Shown here: positions 1-6,686 of the stretch, piece by piece
Position numbering within the stretch: position 1 is the stretch's first letter
Layout: every line of letters begins with the position of its first letter
Source of the DNA: Rhodoluna sp.
Lineage (GTDB): Bacteria; Actinomycetota; Actinomycetes; Actinomycetales; Microbacteriaceae
Assembly: GCA_036721215.1 (NCBI GenBank)
Contig: DAIMLM010000002.1
Coordinates: 143,699-207,698 of the forward strand
Length of the DNA: 64,000 bases
Reading direction: 5' to 3'
Translations under genes and position numbers: made by a program
The notes under the pieces: model-generated
The model's database searches: none
Told to the model about the DNA's origin: nothing
The model's input: the letters and a program-made list of their open reading frames with translations, nothing else

Positions 1-1118
1 GATCCGCAAGGCAGCAGGGCATACGCGTTATTGCCACGAACCACATCATGCCTGAGAACCTAATCAAGTATTCGCTTGTTATTCCACGCTGGGCAGAAAA
101 GGTCGCCATGAGCCTTGCGTGGAAAGACACGGGTCGAATCCTTAAAAAAGCTGACTTAGTAACAACCCCAACTAGAAAAGCCGCCAACCTTCTCGAAAAC
201 GCTGCTGGACTTACCGGAGTGCTGGCCGTTTCTTGCGGCATCGAGGCTTCTAATTTTGCTAACAACAGCCCAACAACAAACACAGAGCCAAGAATTCTCT
301 TTTTAGGACGGCTTGATTACGAGAAACACATCCACAACCTGATTAAAGCTGTAGCGCTATTGCCGAAATCCCTGAAGGTGAAACTTGAAATTGTTGGTGA
401 CGGGGGAGAGCGCGAGTATCTGGAGAATCTTGCCAAGGACTTAGGCCTAAAAAACAACGTCGAATTCCGCGGTCACATCTCTGACGAAGAGTTGCCAAAG
501 GTATACGAAAGAGCAACAGTGTTTGCTATGCCATCAATTGCAGAGCTTCAATCAATTGCCACCATGGAGGCCATGGCCTCAGGTCGTCCTGTTGTGGCCG
601 CTGACGCCATGGCACTGCCTCATTTGGTGCACGATGGCGACAACGGCTACCTGTTTCCCCCAGATGACGTCAAGGCGTTTGCAGACCGCCTTCTAAAGGT
701 GCTTACCGCTGATCAGAATGAGCTAGATCGCCTCTCGGAGAACTCACTGCACTTGATTCAGTCCCACGATATTGATCGCACCATAAGAATCTTTGAGGGT
801 CTTTATAGCGGTGAAACACAGGAAGAGAACGAGACAGCCGACAACCTTGCTACCTACTCACTGCCTATCGGAAGCCTCAGCAAAACCATTAGTAGATCTA
901 TTGCCTTAGCCAGAAGGCGCTCAGCCAAGCTTCGCGAGCAAGCGGAGCTCACACGCAAGGAATTAGTCGCCAGAGCCGAAGACGCCAGGGATGAAGTAAT
1001 TGAGCGCCTAGAAGAAGTTCGTGACGATGTGGCCTTCGCCGCCAAGAAGCTAGAGATTCGAGTGCGCAAGGGCGTCAAGAAAGCCGCTGAGAGACTCAGA
1101 AGAGAAGAACTTCCTTAG
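1..1118 (+). CDS. Family-4 (GT-B) glycosyltransferase, 5'-truncated by the window edge, with a ~95-aa charged helical C-terminal tail
   Basis: The frame is open back to nt 3 (..ARQQGIRVIATNHIMPENL). It has a GT4 C-terminal Rossmann domain with the E-x7-E signature (IAELQSIATMEAMASG) and the typical ILFLGRL..EKHI / VGDGGEREYLE context. The stop is TAG at 1116-1118. Confidence 0.8.
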   Translation, partial: SARQQGIRVIATNHIMPENLIKYSLVIPRWAEKVAMSLAWKDTGRILKKADLVTTPTRKAANLLENAAGLTGVLAVSCGIEASNFANNSPTTNTEPRILFLGRLDYEKHIHNLIKAVALLPKSLKVKLEIVGDGGEREYLENLAKDLGLKNNVEFRGHISDEELPKVYERATVFAMPSIAELQSIATMEAMASGRPVVAADAMALPHLVHDGDNGYLFPPDDVKAFADRLLKVLTADQNELDRLSENSLHLIQSHDIDRTIRIFEGLYSGETQEENETADNLATYSLPIGSLSKTISRSIALARRRSAKLREQAELTRKELVARAEDARDEVIERLEEVRDDVAFAAKKLEIRVRKGVKKAAERLRREELP

Positions 1119-1133
1119 ACAATCTGCGTCTAG

Positions 1134-1952
1134 CTAGAAACCCTGCATCAACATGACAACGTTTACTAGCGATGCCAGTAGCAGAAGATGAAACACCAGC
1201 TTGGGAGGATTTGGTCTTAGAGCCAGAACGCTTGCAAGTAGCGACAAAACTACAGTCAACCCCAGCCCTCCAATAGAAACTAAAGGATCCAACTTGCTGC
1301 CTTGGGTCACCAGAATTAGAGAAGCGGAACTAGCGCTTACCGCAATTACCAGAGCTGATGCTTTCTGACCGAGAATGTGCGGAAGGGCTCTAACTCCAGT
1401 TTGCTTATCCGCTAGAAGATCCGGAAGTGTGTTGGCGAAGTGAGCAGCTACCCCAAAGAGCCCTGCAACAATCATCACCCAAACCGGAGGCAGCGCTGGA
1501 TCAGGGCTAGAGAGCGTGACAAAAGCTGGCAGGATTCCAAAACCGAGAATATACGGAACAACAGAAAAGCCATTAGCTTTTAGCCCAAGGTTGTATGCCC
1601 AGCCGATTGCCAGCATAAGAAGCATCCATAAAAAGGCTGCAGTGCCTAGTGCCAAGGTGAGAGCAAGGGCAATTACTGCTGCACCAAGGGATGCTGTCCT
1701 AACTGAAGCCAGTGAAACCATTCCCTGAGCTAACGGTTTGTCGATTCTCTGTACCGCTTTATCTCTTCCCGCATCTAACCAGTCGTTCGAAAGACCAACC
1801 GAGAACTGCTGAGTCAAGACTGCTAAACCAACTAGCAATAGCTTTTCTGGTGGCAATCCCACTCCAATTCCAAACAGAACCGCGAAGCTTGACACAGACA
1901 ACGAGGGGAGGGGATGAGTGGCTCTGAAAAGAGCCAAAGCTTTTAGCCACAT
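1134..1952 (-). CDS. UbiA-family polyprenyltransferase (integral membrane)
   Basis: Hydrophobic multi-TM ORF with both UbiA Asp-rich motifs: NDWLDAGRD (NDxxDxxxD) and DLLAD. ATG start at 1952. Confidence 0.75.
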   Translation of the reverse strand: MWLKALALFRATHPLPSLSVSSFAVLFGIGVGLPPEKLLLVGLAVLTQQFSVGLSNDWLDAGRDKAVQRIDKPLAQGMVSLASVRTASLGAAVIALALTLALGTAAFLWMLLMLAIGWAYNLGLKANGFSVVPYILGFGILPAFVTLSSPDPALPPVWVMIVAGLFGVAAHFANTLPDLLADKQTGVRALPHILGQKASALVIAVSASSASLILVTQGSKLDPLVSIGGLGLTVVLSLLASVLALRPNPPKLVFHLLLLASLVNVVMLMQGF

Positions 1953-2126
1953 GAAATTACCTCTTGACTGCCTTTTCTAAGTGTAAGTATTTAGCGGGCA
2001 TGGCTTACACCTCAGACTTTATTGCTTGTAGCACTAGCATCACAGTCATTTCTTGGGTTCGTCGGTAAAGTAGTGGGGTGATTCGATTTCAGAAGCCGCA
2101 ATTAGTCCCTAAGGCATGGAAATTCA

Positions 2127-3335
2127 TTGATTAGCATCCTGGCTGTTGCAGTTGGCAGAATCGTTAGATTCATCATCCGTATCTTTCGACGTGGTGGAGG
2201 TTCCGCGTTCCCCGGAACAGTTGCTAGCTCAATAGCTCCAAACTTGCTAAGTGATGCAATTCGCTCTGCAAGAAAAGGTTTAGTTGTAGTTTCCGGAAGC
2301 TCTGGCAAGAGCTCAACAACTCAAGTACTTGTAGCGCTTCTAAGAGCTCATGGATATAAGGTCTTCACCAACCCATCGACGGCAAACATCAAACAAGGCC
2401 TCTACGCGGCAATACTTCAGTTTGGTGATTATCGAGGTCACATTGACGCGGATTTTGTAGTCATGGAATGGGATGAGGGTCACGGCGCAGCCCTAGTTGA
2501 ATCGCTTCACCCACGCCTTGCTGTGCTCACCAATGTCTATTCAGACCAGCTTGATCGGTTCGTTGACCCAGAACTAGTAGTTGAGAAGCTGAAAAAGATC
2601 TATGACCACTCAGATCATGCCGTGATAAACGTGGATGACAAGAACCTAACGCAATTTGCAGATTCGGGAAAAATCACCGGCTTTGGATTATCGCCCTCCA
2701 TTCAACCTCGCCCAAGCTACGCCATTAACTTTGGGCCAGAGCCTACATTTGAGCCCTCAGTTGAAGTCTCGAAGCTTGGGGAAAAATCTCTTCAGGTAAG
2801 AGTCCCCGGACGCCTTCTTAGCTTCGAGACAAAAGCTGACGCTCCCCACCAAGCTCTCAACCTGGCAGCTTCTATTGCTGCTGTTTCCGAATTGATTGAG
2901 CCAGATTGGAATTTAATCGAAAAGACAATTTCAAATTTGCCCCCGGTATTTGCTAGAGATGAAATCGCGTCAGTTCGTGGCAAAGACGTGAGGTTTTTGC
3001 TCTGCCTGAATCCAACAAGCTTTACTCACAGTCTCAGTGAGATTTCTGATCAGACCAGCCCGTTGATGATTATGGCTGGCGGAGACATCAGCGATCCAAG
3101 CTGGCTATGGACAGTGGATTTTTCAAAGCTAAAGCACGTGGACGTAGTTGGTGGCAAAAACGCTTACGACTTAGCACTGAGGCTTATGTATCAAGACGTT
3201 CAGGTGGACAGGATTATTCTTGAGGCCGATAAAGCAGCAGATGCATTTCTGGAGCTTTCAGGACCGAGCCCGACAGTGCTATTCACAGCGGATGCGATGC
3301 GACGCACCAGAAGATACTTGGGGTTGGCAAAATGA
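2127..3335 (+). CDS. murT: MurT-like Mur-ligase family protein (lipid II isoglutaminyl synthase ligase subunit homolog, atypical)
   Basis: P-loop VVSGSSGKSSTT and central-domain motifs MEWDEGH and LTNVYSDQLDRF. The C-terminal DUF1727-like block is DPSWLWTVDF. It is colinear with Staphylococcus/Streptococcus MurT as I recall them. TTG start, and a 4-nt overlap (ATGA) with the downstream partner. Confidence 0.75.
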   Translation: MISILAVAVGRIVRFIIRIFRRGGGSAFPGTVASSIAPNLLSDAIRSARKGLVVVSGSSGKSSTTQVLVALLRAHGYKVFTNPSTANIKQGLYAAILQFGDYRGHIDADFVVMEWDEGHGAALVESLHPRLAVLTNVYSDQLDRFVDPELVVEKLKKIYDHSDHAVINVDDKNLTQFADSGKITGFGLSPSIQPRPSYAINFGPEPTFEPSVEVSKLGEKSLQVRVPGRLLSFETKADAPHQALNLAASIAAVSELIEPDWNLIEKTISNLPPVFARDEIASVRGKDVRFLLCLNPTSFTHSLSEISDQTSPLMIMAGGDISDPSWLWTVDFSKLKHVDVVGGKNAYDLALRLMYQDVQVDRIILEADKAADAFLELSGPSPTVLFTADAMRRTRRYLGLAK

Positions 3336-3907
3336 TCAAATTAGCGGCCTTTATGCCAACCTATTTCAACAACAACGGCGATCAAGGAAACATTGAGGTC
3401 CTTGCGAAGCAGCTCGAGTGGCGCGGTGTCCAATGCTCTGTGACTTCTACTGAACTCCAAGACTCGGACTTTTTACTTGTTGGCGATGGCTCGAGAGCAG
3501 TTATGCGTGAGTTCAAATCAGAACTTGCTGCAATTACAGATTTGGTAGCCGAGCGCCTAAGAATCGGAAAGGCAACACTGCTGGTTGGGTCCGCCCACGA
3601 GTTCTTCTGCTCGCGGTTGCCTGGGCTTCCAGAACTACAGGAGGCGCCAAGGGTAAGCGAGCATCGTGAGGTAAGTTCCGGGGATCTGAGAGTTTTTGGA
3701 TACAGAAACAACGAAATCGATAACGACTTATTCATAGAACAAGCGTTCATCTCGACCTCGCTGTTTGGCCCAATCCTTGCCAAGAACGAGAATCTTTTGA
3801 ACATTGTTCTCAGATCAATGGGAGTAACTAGTGAGCTTCCCGCTGTGTTTCAGTCACGGCTAGCTCCTGTGTTGCAGGGCGTTCGATCAAAGGCCTTAGG
3901 AAGCTAA
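3332..3907 (+). CDS. gatD: GatD-like (CobQ/GATase_3-type) amidotransferase homolog lacking the catalytic Cys and His; probable pseudo-glutaminase
   Basis: Colinear blocks match recalled GatD sequences: NNNGDQGNIEVL (cf NTYGDNGNILML), FLLVGDGS (cf FFGGGQD), LLVGSAHEFF (cf LAICGGFQLL) and SLFGPILAKNENL (cf YFHGPILSRNANL). The nucleophile position is Gly86 (3587-3589) and the His position is Phe145 (3764-3766). Confidence 0.7.
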   Translation: MIKLAAFMPTYFNNNGDQGNIEVLAKQLEWRGVQCSVTSTELQDSDFLLVGDGSRAVMREFKSELAAITDLVAERLRIGKATLLVGSAHEFFCSRLPGLPELQEAPRVSEHREVSSGDLRVFGYRNNEIDNDLFIEQAFISTSLFGPILAKNENLLNIVLRSMGVTSELPAVFQSRLAPVLQGVRSKALGS

Positions 3908-3939
3908 CGGTGTTTATCGTCTAGTCTTAGTAATTGCGA

Positions 3940-4013
3940 GGGGAGTTAGCTCAGCTGGTTAGAGCAGCGGACTCATAATCCGTCGGTCACGGGTTCAAGT
4001 CCCGTACTCCCCA
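3940..4013 (+). tRNA. tRNA with CAT anticodon (elongator Met or lysidine-dependent Ile2; not initiator)
   Basis: Cloverleaf by hand: acceptor GGGGAGT/ACTCCCC, D arm GCTC-AGCTGGTTA-GAGC, anticodon stem-loop GCGGA-CTCATAA-TCCGT, T arm ACGGG-TTCAAGT-CCCGT, discriminator A. The 1-72 pair is G-C, so it is not an initiator. It is followed by CCT, so CCA is not fully encoded. Confidence 0.9.
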
Positions 4014-4015
4014 CC
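3972..4015 (+). repeat. Direct repeat copy 1 (attL-like): 3' 44 nt of the tRNA(CAT) gene
   Basis: CTCATAATCCGTCGGTCACGGGTTCAAGTCCCGTACTCCCCACC, identical to 5928-5971. Confidence 0.9.
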
Positions 4016-4022
4016 TAGAAAA

Positions 4023-4058
4023 CCCTTTAGAGTCAACAGTTCTAGAGGGCTTTTCTTT
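4023..4058 (+). terminator. Rho-independent terminator-like hairpin just after the tRNA(CAT)
   Basis: 10-bp stem CCCTTTAGAG / TTCTAGAGGG (two G-U pairs) and a 7-nt loop TCAACAG, followed by CTTTTCTTT. Confidence 0.5.
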
Positions 4059-4153
4059 GATCAAAGGGATAGATGTTCAAAGACTCTGGTGAGACCCGCC
4101 CGTGCCCCTAGGCATAAAACTCATAGACAGTCGCATGACGCTGCGCTAAAGTT

Positions 4154-5674
4154 TTGGTCGTGACCAATTCAATTCGTATCCAATCAGGATTGCTCTTGAT
4201 CCTCCTGATGTTGACTACTGCGTGTGGTAGCGGGAGCGACGAATCCAGTCAGAAGATCGTCGCTGGTTCAAGTTGTGAGAATCTCGGTGAGCAGACGGAA
4301 GCCGACGGAGACCTGCTTGAGTGCACCGCCACCGACAATGGTTCGTTTTGGATTGCCAAGGGGCCAGTCGGGGGATCCGGTTCCACCGCGACGCTCGGCG
4401 CTTCGTGTGACGCCAACTCGGAACTTACTTGGACCGTGATTGGAGTCGTCATCTGTGACGGTGGCAGGTACCGATTCGCAGTGCCCGATGACTTTCCGCC
4501 CACACCGTCGGGGGGCTACACGAGTCGTCCGGATTGGTACCCCACTTTGACCCAAATCCTGGGTGCCGGACGACCAGAACCAGCGTGTGCGGCGGCAACG
4601 GTGAAGTTCACACACCCGGTGGTTCCACTCGATCAGCTCACCACCACAATTCCTTACGGTGCGATGCTCGGAGATCACATTACGCCAATCGACCACGCCT
4701 ACCTGGGAATCAAGTCCCTCGAAAAACCCAAGACGCAACGGACTGAGGATGACTACATCGACGTAACCGCTCCGGCTGACGGCATCATCACCGAGCTGAG
4801 TTCACTCGGCGCGCCGTGGACGAACCGGGTCACCATCGATCATGGTTGCGGTGTGTACACGGTGTACATGGTGCTGAACCGCCCCGCTGGTGTTCTCGCC
4901 AATGACTACGAAGAGATGACCGCCAAGGGCGGCTACTTACAGTTGTCGGTTCCGATTAAGGCCGGCGACATGTTCGGCCAGCAGCGTGACAACGCCCTCG
5001 ACTTTAATGTGTTTGATGGCAGTCAGTGGCTAAGCGGATTCGCCTCACCGGCGTCGTACCTCACCGGCGACACTTGGAAGCCTTACACCGCTGACTACCT
5101 CCCATTTTTCTCCGGCGAAATCCGCACAGCGATGGAGAGTTCACTCCAGCGAACCTCGGCCCCACGAGTAGGGAAGATTGATCATGACGTGATTGGCACT
5201 GCTGCCGGCAACTGGTTTCTTGTTGGGACCTTCGGTTACGGAGGAAAGTCAGTGGATCTTTACCGCAATGCGACTGCACCGATTCCCGGTGGCACCGTGG
5301 AAGGAAAGAACTCGTATGCATGGAGTCATCTGTCAATTTCACCGCATGAGGTGGACACTGAGCAGTGGGTGTTCTCAATTGGCTGGTTTACCGATCCCAA
5401 GGGTGACTTCCCCCAGATGCTGCTCGACATTCCGGCAGGCAAGCCTGCGCCCACACAGCTGACCTCGGCAGATGGTCCAGTCGTTTATGACCTCTACCAA
5501 CTCAGCTACGCCTACACGAGGTCATCAGGATCAGAGGCATCGGCCCCAGTTGGCTACAAACTCCAACGCGGGCAATCCAAGGGTCGAGTGATCCTGCAAG
5601 TCAACGCTGACGGCACCCTCTCCCTAGAAATGGGCACCGAGTTCACGTCAGCAAAACGCACATACCGTCGATGA
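4154..5674 (+). CDS. Secreted lipoprotein of unknown function with a central LytM/M23-like beta-barrel segment lacking the canonical HxH motif
   Basis: Signal peptide with a lipobox-like LLMLTTAC|GSG. Two short Cys-pair modules: SCENLG..LLEC..GSFW and SCDANS..VVIC..GRYRF. The central block VTAPADGIITEL..RVTIDHGCGVYTVYMVL..PIKAGDMFGQQ..ALDFNVF resembles M23 peptidases, but the YxHL and HLHF histidines are replaced. TTG (4154) or GTG (4160) start. GC well above the window average. Confidence 0.6.
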   Translation: MVVTNSIRIQSGLLLILLMLTTACGSGSDESSQKIVAGSSCENLGEQTEADGDLLECTATDNGSFWIAKGPVGGSGSTATLGASCDANSELTWTVIGVVICDGGRYRFAVPDDFPPTPSGGYTSRPDWYPTLTQILGAGRPEPACAAATVKFTHPVVPLDQLTTTIPYGAMLGDHITPIDHAYLGIKSLEKPKTQRTEDDYIDVTAPADGIITELSSLGAPWTNRVTIDHGCGVYTVYMVLNRPAGVLANDYEEMTAKGGYLQLSVPIKAGDMFGQQRDNALDFNVFDGSQWLSGFASPASYLTGDTWKPYTADYLPFFSGEIRTAMESSLQRTSAPRVGKIDHDVIGTAAGNWFLVGTFGYGGKSVDLYRNATAPIPGGTVEGKNSYAWSHLSISPHEVDTEQWVFSIGWFTDPKGDFPQMLLDIPAGKPAPTQLTSADGPVVYDLYQLSYAYTRSSGSEASAPVGYKLQRGQSKGRVILQVNADGTLSLEMGTEFTSAKRTYRR

Positions 5675-5927
5675 CTCATTGGTACCCCAGGCAAGTTTTG
5701 TCCCCCTCTACGTGACCCAAGAGGATTTTGAGGACTACGCTGAGAAAGCTGGAGGTTTTGTAAGGTTTGCAGACTTACTTAAGGATTCGAAGCCCGAGTT
5801 CAGCAAGGGTTGACCCCGCTTAACAGGACCCAATGGTAATCAATAGCCACAAAAACTACCAAAGCATTTTTCGATAGTACTTGGGCACTTGGCTAGACCC
5901 TATATTTCTATTAGGTGTGGAAACGTT

Positions 5928-5971
5928 CTCATAATCCGTCGGTCACGGGTTCAAGTCCCGTACTCCCCACC
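5928..5971 (+). repeat. Direct repeat copy 2 (attR-like): orphan 3' half of the tRNA(CAT), followed by A (CCA encoded)
   Basis: 44/44 identity with 3972-4015. No matching 5' half of a tRNA lies upstream. It lies antisense to the last codons of tdk. Confidence 0.9.
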
Positions 5972-6573
5972 AATGCGGCGTTGCCCTTTTCTCGAAAGTA
6001 ACAAGATGCGCAAAGCGACTCATAGGTTACTTCTTCACCATCTATTGCCACCTGGTCACCGTCGAAGATGAAGCTGTCATTAATCTTTCTTGCGTTGAAC
6101 ATAGCTTTCTTGCCGCAGCGACATATTGTTTTTAGCTCTTCGAGGCTGTGTGCAATCTCGAGTAGTCGAAGTGATCCAGGGAAGCCGTTGGTGAGAAAAT
6201 CGGTCCGGATGCCATAAGCCAGTACCGGCACATCATCCAAAACTGCAATCTCTAGAGCCTGATCAACTTGCGCACGGGTCAGAAACTGGGACTCATCCAG
6301 TAGCAGGCAGGCAACTCTCTTGCCGGTCTTTTCGCGATGTAGGGTAGAGCGCTTTTGAAATTCTTTTCTAAGATTTAGATCTGGGGTAACCAGAAAATCA
6401 ACCATTCGGTCAACTCCAAGCCTGGACAAGATCGCCATGTCTCCCTTGGTGTCTACCGCTGGCTTGGCAAGCAATACCGCTTGGCCACGCTCTTCGTAGT
6501 TATAGGCGGCCTGCAATAGGGCAGTTGACTTACCTGAGTTCATCGCACCGTGACGGAAATATAGCTTGCTCAT
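5929..6573 (-). CDS. tdk: Thymidine kinase
   Basis: N-terminal P-loop GAMNSGKST, LLLDESQFL, and C-terminal zinc-site cysteines CRCG..CASC. The last 14 codons (..ALVGSTGLEPVTDGL) and the TGA stop are antisense to the orphan tRNA fragment. Confidence 0.9.
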   Translation of the reverse strand: MSKLYFRHGAMNSGKSTALLQAAYNYEERGQAVLLAKPAVDTKGDMAILSRLGVDRMVDFLVTPDLNLRKEFQKRSTLHREKTGKRVACLLLDESQFLTRAQVDQALEIAVLDDVPVLAYGIRTDFLTNGFPGSLRLLEIAHSLEELKTICRCGKKAMFNARKINDSFIFDGDQVAIDGEEVTYESLCASCYFREKGNAALVGSTGLEPVTDGL

Positions 6574-6686
6574 ACTGTTGCAATTTTAGCTGCTTGTTTT
6601 GACTTGTTCCGCAGCTAGCTCTAGCCTTGGAGAACCACCAAATAAAGGTCGTAGGGGAAGACGTACCTAGGTTTGGAGGTGAAAGT

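Larger units (their letters stand above)
4016..5927. mobile_element. Integrase-less genomic islet (remnant integrative element or cargo cassette) inserted at the tRNA(CAT) 3' end
   Basis: It is bracketed by perfect 44-nt direct repeats of the tRNA 3' half. The single ORF has ~62 % GC in sampled lines, against ~47-53 % in neighbouring genes. No recombinase ORF on either strand. Confidence 0.65.

Noticed and set aside
3332-3907. The possibility that the short GatD-like gene is a frameshifted pseudogene.
   Set aside because: The similarity blocks are colinear in a single frame from the N-terminus to the GPIL..N.NL C-terminal block. The gene also keeps the ATGA coupling to murT. It looks maintained rather than decaying, although only comparative data can settle this.
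4023-4036. The 14-mer CCCTTTAGAGTCAA is shared between the hairpin after the tRNA(CAT) and the hairpin after amt (63114-63127). It could be a dispersed repeat.
   Set aside because: With about 4e9 pairwise comparisons in 64 kb on both strands, roughly ten or more 14-mer coincidences are expected by chance. The flanks do not extend the match.
5675-5927. I looked for an integrase or excisionase remnant in the right arm of the islet. The only ORF is a 29-codon GTG frame (..EDFEDYAEKAGGFVRFADLLKDSKPEFSKG).
   Set aside because: No frame shows recombinase motifs (no R..H.R..Y context) and the ORF is too short to call. It is left as non-coding, with tblastn suggested as a check.
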